Origin: Eledone cirrhosa
Taxonomy: Eukaryota
Assembly: GCA_964016885.1 (NCBI GenBank)
Contig: OZ024742.1
Span: 62,868,001-62,932,000 of the forward strand
Reading direction: 5' to 3'
Length of the DNA stretch: 64,000 nt
Shown here piece by piece: positions 27,836-40,000 of the stretch; within the stretch, counting starts at the first letter, position 1; every line of letters begins with the position of its first letter. Position numbers and translations under genes: made by a program. The notes under the pieces were generated by a model, which did not search any database, was not told the DNA's origin, and was given only the letters and a program-made list of their open reading frames with translations.

Positions 27836-28410
27836 ATGTGTGATAGATAGATTGATAGATGGATGAATGGATATATGGATGGATAGATGGATACACTTGC
27901 AGAACAAATACATCGTAATTTAATGGATATGTGTTTGATAATCTATCTAAGGCGGGTAAAATCCCCGAGATTGTTTGATATTGATTAAAGAAAATGTGGA
28001 ATAAAACGATTGTAATTGGTTTAAATGAGTGTAAAATGAAATGCGGTGATAGCCAGAGTGACACGAGAGAGACGGTCAAAGAAAATGGAGTATCTTTACA
28101 TATAATGTTGTAATCCAGGAATTATTATATTGAAAGGTAATATGCTGTTATATATACACATAACCAATCGTATACGGGTGTGTGTGCGTGTTTGAGTTTA
28201 TGTTTGCAGTGTGTTTATGCCTCGTAATTTAGCAGTTTAACAAAAAGAGATCGATAAAATAAGCAAAATAAGAAAGTACTTAGAGCCTCAAATAAAAGAG
28301 AGGTCTCATTGAGTTTTTTTTTTACGGCAAAAGGGAGTTTTTTTTCCCATTTACCGGATATCGGCATACCATAGTCTTTTCAATGCTTCGAGCTTTTAAA
28401 GGTCATGACC

Positions 28411-29030
28411 CTTCTTCTTCTTCTTCTTCTTCTTCTTCTTCTTCTTCTTCTTCTTCTTCTTCTTCTTCTTGAGAAGGTCGTGAGGGCAAAACACTCCTTC
28501 CAGCTGTTCCTGTCAGAAGCAACCATTTCCAACTGATGGGACAGGATCTTCAAACAAGACCAGCCAAGCTCATGGATATTATCCAACCATCTTGCTCAGG
28601 ATCAACTCCTGCCAATTGGTTTTGCCCGTAAAATTTGTCCAACGATTCTTTCCTGAGATATGCTAACCACATGCCCGTTGTATCGGAGTTGTAATGTCTC
28701 AATTCGGAGTAGTAGCTGCTCTACCTTGAGCGACTCACTGATCTCCGAGCTACGCACTCTATGAGTGAAATTCTTGCACTTAATTCGGCCTCTTGCTTTC
28801 CATCACTCTAGAACACGCCCCCGAGATACTTGTACTTCTCCACCTGCTTCGGAACTCCATTAATATGTAGAGTGTGCTGCGCAGGGTTCCTTGAGAGGAC
28901 GTGTGTCTCGGTTTTCGCAGCACTGATTTTCATTCCAGCTATGCAGCACTTGGCATCAAACCTATTACATGCAAGCTGGAGATCACCTTCAGTCGAGTTA
29001 AGAAATACCATATAGTTTGCAAGTTCCACT
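28411..29030 (-). mobile_element. RTE-clade LINE 3' portion with (GAA)n tail
   Basis: GMKISAAKTE, KQVEKYKYLG, RIETLQLRYNGHVVS; (CTT)20 at 28411-28470. Confidence 0.85.
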
Positions 29031-29039
29031 TCCAACCCG

Positions 29040-29420
29040 GCATTTACCCTTCATTGATTACGTCACATCACAGTTAGATGTAGTTATGACTGAGTCATAT
29101 ATCCTAATGGAAGACTTCAACACACAAGAAGGCAATTGTCGCGTGACATGGAAAGGGCGATCCCGATCTAAATACGAATGGAGAGGCCTTATTAGACTTC
29201 TATTCGATCAAAGGACTCTGTATTATGAACACTTTCCAGCACAGAGACATCCATAAATATGCATGATATAAGGGGAATCAAGGACAGACATCAATAATTG
29301 ATTTTTATATATATCTGATCTCTTCGATCGTTAAACGCTTCGGGCAAAAGAGGCTTGGTGTGGCGTCAGATGGCAGGAGGATCCCTTGGACCAATCAAGA
29401 GTTCAAAAATGCAATTCAAG
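29040..29420 (+). mobile_element. RTE APE-endonuclease fragment
   Basis: ILMEDFNTQEG, LCIMNT, HRDIHKY, SIIDF motifs across frames. Confidence 0.6.
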
Positions 29421-29559
29421 CAAAGCAAAGATTTTAACTCGGCCCTGAATACTATTGTTTTCTATAACACATGGTCGCAACATTTGAAGTTATAAGCATG
29501 AAAATGCGTAAAATATATTTTCTATAATATGTTTCATATATGAATCTTATTTTTACTTG

Positions 29560-30720
29560 AACTTCTCCATCCTCTTCAATGTAGAGTGTACTGCGCAGGC
29601 TTTCTTGAGAGGATAAGTGTCTCAGTCGTCGCAGCACTGATTTTCATTCCTGCCGTGCAGAACTAGGCAGTAAAGCTATCCAGTGCATGTCGGAGATTAC
29701 CTTCTGATGAGTTAAGTAGCACCATGTCGTCTGCAAATTCCAGCCGACTGTTTCTACACCAGCTAGTTTAGATACCACTTCCAACCCAGCTGCGCACATG
29801 TTAATCCTGTTCGTGAAGATTATGAATAGGAGAGGTTACAATAAGCGTCTTTAGCGAAGTCCGACACCCACATTGAATGGTTTTGACTTAGCATCATTTA
29901 TCTGAACACGAATTCCAGGGCGTTGGTATAGGGATTTCAAGGCTACAAGAAACTATCGATTAATCCCATACTCCTGTCAAACCTTTCAAAATAAGTCACG
30001 TGGAACGCTGTCATATGTCTTTTCGTAGTCCACGAAACAAGCATACACCTCTTGTCAATAGACCCTCGATTTCTTGAAGACCTGCGGCTGAGTGAATATT
30101 TAGTCGACTGTAGTATGTCCGAGACAGCTAACTTGAACTCGACAGTATCCTTACATCTCTTTTCAAGGCACTTAACAGACTTTACCCTGCAGGTTTCACA
30201 AATATGTTCTTCAATAATTAGAGAAACCTCTCTTGTCTCCCTTTTTGAAAATTGGTATTATCACTTCTGTTTGCCATTGCTTTGGTGCATTTCCAGACAT
30301 CCAGACAACAGGCACACATGAGTTAGCCAGAGAATACCTTCTCTATTTGAAGCCGAATTTCATCCTCCTCAGAAGCCATGACACATTTGAACGCTTTAAT
30401 TGCTCTAGTGACTTGAGCCTCCACGAGATTTGTCTTCGCTCCTAGATGTACCCTTCGTACATCAGATGTTGTTGTGGTCGGATTTTGAAGATCAACAAAG
30501 TATTCTGTAAAACTTACCAGGATGAACCATTTCAGATAGAAGAACCAAAGGTGAATTTCTGATAGCTGACGCGTAGAGAACATCTTATTACGAAGTCGGT
30601 GGATAGCTTCCTAGAATACTTTATTTGCTTAGCTAAAGTCAGTTTCCAGCTTAACCCCAAAATTCTCCTATGTCTGAAACTTCGACTACTTTATTGTCTC
30701 TGGGGCCATTTTCACGAGTA
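29560..30720 (-). mobile_element. RTE-clade LINE RT remnant
   Basis: Minus-strand EVYACFVDYEKTYDSVPR, FNVGVGLR, LFIIFTNRI, LEFADDMVLL, GMKISAAT. Confidence 0.85.
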
Positions 30721-30879
30721 ATGGGAGGCAGGAGGCTGAATTAATTGCAAGAATTTGTGGAAATGGTACAATAATGAACTAGCTTCAGCACTCGGTCATC
30801 AGAAGAAGGGAGGCATGTGTAAAAGCTAAACTTTCTATCTTCAATTTGGGTAATGATCGAAAAAATACGATCGCGAATA

Positions 30880-31295
30880 CAAGCAGCTAAAATAGTGTTC
30901 CTTCGAAGGGTGTTTGGAGTAACGTTACTCGATAGGGTGCATAACTCGGAGATCGGAGAATCGCTCCAGCTAGAGCTGCTACTTCTTCGAATCGAGAGTT
31001 ATAGCTCTGATATTACAGACATGTAGTTAGAATGTCTCTAGAAAGAATCACTGGACAGATTTTACGGGCAAAGGTAACCGATTATAGACCCAGAGGAATA
31101 TCACGAGCAAGATGGCTGGATAATATCAATGATCTTATTTGATCTCACTTGTGGATTCAGCCGGATCATTTGGAGACGATTCCTTCCGATAGGATCCTCT
31201 GGATGGTGTGTCTGAGGACTCTGCCCCTACTCCCCTCCCAGGAATTAGTTTGAGAAGAAGAAGAAGAAGAAGAAGAAGAAGAAGAAGAAGAAGAA
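30880..31295 (+). mobile_element. RTE-clade LINE 3' end with (GAA)n tail
   Basis: RRVFGVTLLDRVHNSEI, LLLRIES, HVVRM, RPRGISRARWLDNI; homologous to the reverse complement of 28480-28770. Confidence 0.85.
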
Positions 31296-31729
31296 AACAT
31301 GTTTATATACAATAAACATATGGGTAGTCTCCCTATCAAAGAAAAATAGTTTTTGTAACGAACTTGGCTGGTTATAATTAATTGGCAATATCACTTAGCG
31401 TTAAAATCAATAGGAGTGTATATGAAAGCATATACTTATATGTATATGTATATTAGACCCTAATCTATTTTCATCTCAGTACAGGTTGCGTGAATGTCAC
31501 TGATGAGAGATTGATTACAGGTTATTTAACACAGAGAAAACCGTTTGTAGCAACTGGTTAATTCTTACCCTGTAGGAAGTTAAAGAGCTACTCTCCGAGT
31601 TTTCCTGTGAGGCCCTAAGCTATAACAGATGTTTCCATGATCAAACTTGTCAAACACGCTTTCAAAATCAAGATATATGCAGTCAATATCCACTCCTCTC
31701 ATGATATTATTGATGATAGTGTTATGATG

Positions 31730-32035
31730 CTGTAGTAGTTGTGTCCTGCAACCTCAGTCAGAAAACCATGCAGTGTATCATGCAAAGGGTTGCTTTCCTC
31801 AAGGTAAGTAATTATTCTGTTTCACACAATATTGTCTACAATTTTAGATGTGTGGGATTAATGTTTAGTTTCGACCCTGCTACCTCCTTTGTGTATAGGT
31901 GTTACTGTTGTTTCTTTCAGCAGTTCTGGGAATATGCCAGTTTTTAAAGACTTGGAATAGCATGTTTAATGGTTTGGTGTGGCTGCTTTTGCACGTTTTC
32001 AACAGTACGACTGGCAGATTATCTGGTCCTGGTGT
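31730..32035 (-). mobile_element. CR1-group LINE RT fragment
   Basis: TPGPDNLPVVLLKTC..KPLNMLF, PIHKGG, HGFL..SCR. Confidence 0.65.
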
Positions 32036-32100
32036 TAAGTACACACACACACACACACGCATGCACATATGTGAGGCGTGTCAATGCATGTTGTATGTGA

Positions 32101-32420
32101 AGGTACGTAGCTTAGTCGTTAGGGTGTTCGATTCATGATCGTAAGATCGTAAGTTCGATTCCCGGCCTCGCATTGGTCCTGTGCATGACACTTTATTTGA
32201 TGTTGATTCAGTCCACTCATGTAAAAAAAAAAAAAATAGATGTACTTGTAATTCATAGGGTCAGCAATGTCATACTGTCTCACGCTGAATCTTCCTGAGA
32301 ACTACTTTATGGATACACGTGGCTATAGAATCCTCAGGCACTTGCACGTTAATGCCATGAGCAGACTGTTCTGTTGGTTGAACGACTGGGCGACTGGAAC
32401 ATCAGCTTCGCAACACACGG
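32101..32420 (+). mobile_element. tRNA-derived SINE family 2 copy
   Basis: A box TAGCTTAGTCGTTAGG, B box AGTTCGATTCCC; similar to 19584-19679. Confidence 0.65.
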
Positions 32421-32707
32421 ACATCCAACAACCACACACACACATATGTATATAGTATAGTTTATTAAGTCTGACCTTAGTAAAATATTTATCTTTACAA
32501 TATTATTGAGTACCACTTCTCGTGTTCGTCAATACTAGACCGATATATAATGTATACATGTGTATTTGTATATATATATATATGGCTACACGTAAACATA
32601 TTATTGAAATGTGTACACGTATGTATGTGTTTGTTGTGTGTTCTGATGACGTGTACACACATGCATGTACATGTCCTGTTAACACTGTTCCATATTGTAC
32701 ATATTAA

Positions 32708-33892
32708 ATCATCATCGCCATCACTACCACCACCATCACCATCATCACCATCACTACCATCATCAACATCATCATCACCATCACCATCACCATCATCACC
32801 ATCACTACCACCGTCATCATCACCATCATCATCACCATCACCATCGTCATTATCACTACGATCATCCCCATCACCATCACTACCACCATCACCATCACTA
32901 CCACCATCATCATCACCATCATGACCACCATCACCATCACCATCACCATCACCATCACTACCACCGTCACCATCACTACTATCATCATCATCATCATCAT
33001 CACTATCACCACCACCACCACCACCATCACTACCACCATCACCATCACCACCATCATCACCATCACCATCACTACCATCATCACCATCACCATCATCATC
33101 ACTAGCACCATCATCATCATCATCACCATCACCATCACCATCACCACCATCATCATCACCATCCCCATCACCATCACCATCACTACCACCACCATCATCA
33201 CCATCACCATCACTACCATCATCATCATCAGCATCATCATCAGCATCACCATCACTACCATCATCATCATCACCATCCCCATCACCATCACCATCACTAC
33301 CACCACCATCAACATCACCATCACCATCACTACCATCATCATCATCATCATCATCATCACCATCACCATCACTACCATCATCATCATCAGCATCACCATC
33401 ACCATCACTACCATCATCCTCATCCTCAGCATCACCATCATCATCATCATCACTACCACCATCATCATCACCATCACCATCACCATCACTACCATCATCA
33501 TCATCACCATCACTACCATCATCACCATCATCATCACCATCACCATCACCATCACTACCATCATCATCATCACCACCACCATCAACATCACCATCACTAC
33601 CATCATCATCATCACCACCACCATCAACATCACCATCACTACCACCATCATCATCAGCATCATCATCACCATCACCATCACTACCACCATCATCATCAGC
33701 ATCATCATCACCATCACCATCACTACCACAATCATCATCAGCATCATCATCACCATCACCATCACTACTACCATCATCATCAGCATCATCATCACCATCA
33801 CCATCACTACCACCATCATCAGCATCAGCATCAGCATCACCATCACTACCACCATCACCATCAACATCATCATCATCATTAATACCACCATC
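32708..33892. repeat. Compound (CAT/CAC/TAC)n trinucleotide repeat
   Basis: About 1.2 kb of CAY triplets; gives poly-H, poly-T/I and poly-M/V artefact ORFs. Confidence 0.96.
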
Positions 33893-33938
33893 ATGAAAGT
33901 ATTAACAATTATTATTATTACTTTGCAGCCCATGCCAT

Positions 33939-34060
33939 TCTGAATTCAAATCCCGCCGAGGTTAACTTTGCCTTTCATCCTTACGGGGCCGATAAAATAA
34001 AGTACCAGTAATATTACTGAGTAATTGCGGGTCTTGTGCCAAAAGTAGAAACAATTATTA
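33939..34060 (+). mobile_element. 5'-truncated SINE family 1 copy
   Basis: TTCAAATCCCGCCGAGGTTAACTTTGCCTTTCATCCTTACGGGGCCGATAAAATAAAGTACCAG...GTAGAAACAATTATTA. Confidence 0.88.
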
Positions 34061-34090
34061 CTCTTTAATTTCATTTCTAGCTCATCCCCT

Positions 34091-37000
34091 TCTCTTAACT
34101 TCTTACTACCTGTCTCTCTGTCAGTCTGTGTTCTCTTAACTTCTTACTACCTGCCTCTCTGTCAGTCTGTCATCTCTTAACTTCTTACTATCTGTCTCTC
34201 TGTCACTCTGTCATCTCTTAACTTCTTACTACCTGTCACTCTGTCAGTATGTCATCTCTTAACTTCTTACTACCTGTCTCTCTGTCAGTCTGTCATCTGT
34301 TAACTTCTTACTACCTGTCTCTCAGTCAGTCTGTCATCTCTTAACTTCTTACTACCTGTTTCTCTGTCAGTCTGTCTTCCCTTAACTTCTAACTACCTGT
34401 CTCCCAGTCAGTCTGTCATCTCTTAACTTCTTACTATCTGTCGCTATGTCAGTCTGTCTTCTCTTAACTTCTTACTACCTGCCTCTCTGTCAGTCTGTCA
34501 TCTCTTAACTTCTTACTACCTGTCTCTCTGTCAGTCTGTCATCTCTTAACTTCTTACTATCTGTCTCTCTGTCAGTCTGTCTTCTCTTAACTTCTTACTA
34601 CCTGTCTCTCTGTCAGTCTGTCTTCTCTTAACTTCTTACTACCTGTCTCTCTGTCAGTCTGTCATCTCTTAACTTCTTACTATCAGTCTCTCTGTCAGTC
34701 TGTCATCTCTTAACTTCTTACTACCTGTCTCTCTGTCAGTCTGTCATCTCTTAACTTCTTACTATCTGTCTCTCTGTCAGTCTGTCTTCTCTTAACTTCT
34801 TACTACCTGTCGCTCTGTCAGACTGTCTTCTCTTAACTTCTTACTATCTGTCTCTCTGTCAGACTGTCATCTCTTAACTTCTTACTACCTGTCTCTCTGT
34901 CAGTCTGTCTTCTCTTAACTTCTTACTACCTGTCTCTCTGTCAGTCTGACATCTCTTAACTTCTTACTACCTGCCTCTCTGTCAGTCTGTCATCTCTTAA
35001 CTTCTTACTATCTGTCTGTCTGTCAGTCTGTCTTCTGTTAACATCTTACTACCTGTCTCTCTGTCAGTCTGTCTTCTCTTAACTTCTTACTACCTGTCTC
35101 TCTGTCAGTCTGACATCTCTTAACTTCTTACTATCTGTCTCTCTGTCAGTCTGTCTTCTCTTAACTTCTTAGTATCTGTCTCTCTGTCAGTCTGTCATCT
35201 CTTAACTTCTTACTACCTGTCTCTCTGTCAGTCTGTCATCTCTTAACTTCTTACTATCTGTCTCTCTATCAGTCTGTCTTCTCTTAACTTCTTACTACCT
35301 GTCTCTCTGTCAGTCTGTCATCTTTTAACTTCTTACAACCTGTCTCTCTGTCAGTCTATCTTCCTTTAACTTCTTACTACCTGTCTCTCTGTCAGTCTCT
35401 CATCTCTTAACTTCTTACTACCTGTCTCTCTGTCAGTCTGTTTTCTCTTAACTGCTTACTACCTGTTTCTCTGTCAGTATGTCATCTCTTAACTTCTTAC
35501 TACCTGCTTCTCTGTCAGTCTGTCATCTCTTAACTTCTTACTACCTGTCTCTCTGTCAGTCTGTCTTCTCTTAACTTCTTACTACATGTCTCTCTGTCAG
35601 TCTGTCATCTCTTAACTTTATACTATCTGTCTCTCTTTCAGTCTGTTTTCTCTTAACTTCTTACTACCTGTCTTTCTGTCAGTCTGTCATCTTTTAACTT
35701 CATACTACCTGTCTCTCTATCAATCTGTCATCTCTTAACTTCTTACTACCTGTCTTTCTGTCAGTCTGTCTTCCCTTAACTTCTTACTACCTGTCTCTCT
35801 GTCAGTCTGTCTTCTCTTAACTTCTTACTACCTGTCTCTCTGTCAGTCTGTCTTCTCTTAACTTCTTACTACCTGCCTCTCTGTCAGTCTGTCATCTCTT
35901 AACTTCTTACTATCTGTCTCTCTGTCAGTCTGTCTTCTCTTAAATTCTTACTTCCTGTCTCTCTATCAGTCTGTCTTCTCTTAACTTCTTACTACCTGTC
36001 TCTCTGTCAGTCTGTCTTCGCTTAACTTCTTAGTATCTGTCTCTCTGTCAGTCTGTCATCTCTTAACTTCTTACTACCTGTCTCTCTGTCAGTCTGTCTT
36101 CTCTTAACTTCTTACTACATGTCTCTCTGTCAGTCTGTCATCTCTTAACTTCTTACTATCAGTCTCTCTGTCAGTCTGTCTTCTCTTAACTTCTTACTAC
36201 CTGCCTCTCTGTCAGTCTGTCATCTCTTAACTTCTTACTATCTGTCTCTCTGTCAGTCTGTCATCTCTTAACTTCTTACTACCTGTCTCTCTGTCAGCCT
36301 GTCTTCTCTTAACTTCTTACTACCTGTCTATCTGTCAGTCTGTCATCTCTTAACTTCTTACTATCTGTCTCTCTATCAGTCTGTCTTCTCTTAACTTCTT
36401 ACTACCTGTCTCTCTGTCAGTCTGTCATCTCTTAACTTCTTACATCCTCTTTCTCTGTCAGTCTGTCTTCCCTTAACTTCTTACTACCTGTCTCTCTGTC
36501 AGTCTGTCTTCTCTTAACTTCTTACTATCTGCCTCTCTGTCAGTCTGTTTTCTCTTAACTGCTTACTACCTATTTCTCTGTCAGTATGTCATCTCTTAAC
36601 TTCTTACTACCTGCCTCTCTGTCAGTCTGTCATCTCTTAACTTTTTACTACCTGTCTCTCTGTCAGTCTGTCTTCTCTTAACTTCTTACTACATGTCTCT
36701 CTGTCAGTCTGTCATCTCTTAACTTCTTGCTATCTGTCTCTCTGTCAGTCTGTCTTCTCTTAACTTCTTACTACCTGCCTTTCTGTCAGTCTGTCATCTC
36801 TTAACTTCTTACTACCTGTCTCTCTGTCAGTCTGACTTCTCTTAACTTCTTACTACCTGTCTCTCTGTCAGTCTGTCTTCTCTTAACTTCTTAGTATCTG
36901 TCTCTCTGTCAGTCTGTCATCTCTTAACTTCTTACTACATGTCTCTCTGTCAGTCTGTCATCTCTTAACTTCTTACTATCTGTCTCTCTGTCAGTCTGTC

Positions 37001-40000
37001 TTCTCTTAACTTCTTACTACCTGCCTCTCTGTCAGTCTGTCATCTCTTAACTTCTTACTATCTGTCTCTCTGTCAGTCTGTCTTCTCTTAACTTCTTACT
37101 ACCTGTCTCTCTGTCAGTCTGTCTTCTCTTAACTTCTTACTACCTGTCTTTCTGTCAGTCTGTCATCTCTTAACTTCTTAGTATCTGTCTCTCTGTCAGT
37201 CTGTCATCTCTTAACTTCTTACTACCTGTCTCTCTGTCAGTCTGACTTCTCTTAACTTCTTACTATCTGCCTCTCTGTCAGTCTGTTTTCTCTTAACTGC
37301 TTACTACCTGTTTCTCTGTCAGTATGTCATCTCTTAACTTCTTACTACCTGCCTCTCTGTCAGTCTGTCATCTCTTAACTTCTTACTACCTGTCTCTCTG
37401 TCAGTCTGTCTTCTCTTAACTTCTTAATACCTGTCTCTCTGTCAGTCTGTCATCTCTTAACTTCTTAGTATCTGTCTCTCTGTCAGTCTGTCATCTCTTA
37501 ACTTCTTACTACCTGTCTCTCTGTCAGTCTGTCTTCTCTTAACTTCTTACTACCTGTCTCTCTGTCAGCCTGTCTTCTCTTAACTTCTTACTACTTGTCT
37601 CTCTGTCAGTCTGTCATCTCTTAACTTCTTACTATCTGTCTCTCCATCAGTCTGTCATCGCTTAACTTCTTACTACCTGTCTCTCTGTCAGTCTGTCTTC
37701 TCTTAACTTCTTACTATCTGTCTCTCTGTCAGTCTGTCTTCTCTTAACTTCTTAGTATGTGTCTCTCTGTCAGTCTGTCATCTCTTAACTTCTTACTACC
37801 TGTCTCTCTGTCAGCCTGTCTTCTCTTAACTTCTTACTACCTGTCTATCTGTCAGTCTGTCATCTCTTAACTTCTTACTATCTGTCTCTCTATCAGTCTG
37901 TCTTCTCTTAACTTCTTACTACCTGTCTCTCTGTCAGTCTGCAATCTCTTAACTTCTTACAACCTGTTTCTCTGTCAGTCTGTCTTCCCTTAACTTCTTA
38001 CTACCTGTCTCTCTGTCAGTCTTTCATCTCTTAACTTCTTACTACCTGTCTCTCTGTCAGTCTGTCTTCTCTTAACTTCTTACTATCTGCCTCTCTGTCA
38101 GTCTGTTTTCTCTTAACTGCTTACTACCTGTTTCTCTGTCAGTATGTCATCTCTTAACTTCTTACTACCTGCCTCTCTGTCAGTCTGTCATCTCTTAACT
38201 TCTTACTATCTGTCTCTCTGTCAGTCTGTATTCTCTTAACTTCTTACTACATGTCTCTATGTCAGTATGTCATCTCTTAACTTCTTACTACCTGCTTCTC
38301 TGTCAGTCTGTCATCTCTTAACTTCTTACTACCTGTCTCTCTGTCAGTCTGTCTTCTCTTAACTTCTTACTACATGTCTCTCTGTCAGTCTGTCATCTCT
38401 TAACTTTATACTATCTGTCTCTCTTTCAGTCTGTTTTCTCTTAACTTCTTACTACCTGTCTTTCTGTCAGTCTGTCATCTTTTAACTTCATACTACCTGT
38501 CTCTCTATCAATCTGTCATCTCTTAACTTCTTACTACCTGTCTTTCTGTCAGTCTGTCTTCCCTTAACTTCTTACTACCTGTCTCTCTGTCAGTCTGTCT
38601 TCTCTTAACTTCTTACTACCTGTCTCTCTGTCAGTCTGTCTTCTCTTAACTTCTTACTACCTGCCTCTCTGTCAGTCTGTCATCTCTTAACTTCTTACTA
38701 CCTGCTTCTCTGTCAGTCTGTCATCTCTTAACTTCTTACTACCTGTCTCTCTGTCAGTCTGTCTTCTCTTAACTTCTTACTACATGTCTCTCTGTCAGTC
38801 TGTCATCTCTTAACTTTATACTATCTGTCTCTCTTTCAGTCTGTTTTCTCTTAACTTCTTACTACCTGTCTTTCTGTCAGTCTGTCATCTTTTAACTTCA
38901 TACTACCTGTCTCTCTATCAATCTGTCATCTCTTAACTTCTTACTACCTGTCTTTCTGTCAGTCTGTCTTCCCTTAACTTCTTACTACCTGTCTCTCTGT
39001 CAGTCTGTCTTCTCTTAACTTCTTACTACCTGTCTCTCTGTCAGTCTGTCTTCTCTTAACTTCTTACTACCTGCCTCTCTGTCAGTCTGTCATCTCTTAA
39101 CTTCTTACTATCTGTCTCTCTGTCAGTCTGTCTTCTCTTAAATTCTTACTACCTGTCTCTCTATCAGTCTGTCTTCTCTTAACTTCTTACTACCTGTCTC
39201 TCTGTCAGTCTGTCTTCGCTTAACTTCTTAGTATCTGTCTCTCTGTCAGTCTGTCATCTCTTAACTTCTTACTACCTGTCTCTCTGTCAGTCTGTCTTCT
39301 CTTGACTTCTTACTACATGTCTCTCTGTCAGTCTGTCATCTCTTAACTTCTTACTATCAGTCTCTCTGTCAGTCTGTCTTCTCTTAACTTCTTACTACCT
39401 GCCTCTCTGTCAGTCTGTCATCTCTTAACTTCTTACTATCTGTCTCTCTGTCAGTCTGTCATCTCTTAACTTCTTACTACCTGTCTCTCTGTCAGCCTGT
39501 CTTCTCTTAACTTCTTACTACCTGTCTATCTGTCAGTCTGTCATCTCTTAACTTCTTACTATCTGTCTCTCTATCAGTCTGTCTTCTCTTAACTTCTTAC
39601 TACCTGTCTCTCTGTCAGTCTGTCATCTCTTAACTTCTTACATCCTCTTTCTCTGTCAGTCTGTCTTCCCTTAACTTCTTACTACCTGTCTCTCTGTCAG
39701 TCTGTCTTCTCTTAACTTCTTACTATCTGCCTCTCTGTCAGTCTGTTTTCTCTTAACTGCTTACTACCTATTTCTCTGTCAGTATGTCATCTCTTAACTT
39801 CTTACTACCTGCCTCTCTGTCAGTCTGTCATCTCTTAACTTTTTACTACCTGTCTCTCTGTCAGTCTGTCTTCTCTTAACTTCTTACTACATGTCTCTCT
39901 GTCAGTCTGTCATCTCTTAACTTCTTGCTATCTGTCTCTCTGTCAGTCTGTCTTCTCTTAACTTCTTACTACCTGCCTTTCTGTCAGTCTGTCATCTCTT

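Noticed and set aside
31498-31612. CTGATGAGAG...CTCTCCGAG possible long hammerhead
   Set aside because: No GAAA/UH with a convincing stem III at the closing side.
32550-33943. His-rich, Thr/Ile-rich and Met/Val-rich ORFs
   Set aside because: CAY triplet repeat open in multiple frames on both strands; no splice or domain support.
34061-34095. Splice-acceptor-like TTTCATTTCTAG just before the satellite
   Set aside because: All downstream frames stop within about 120 bp; such motifs are common in AT-rich DNA.
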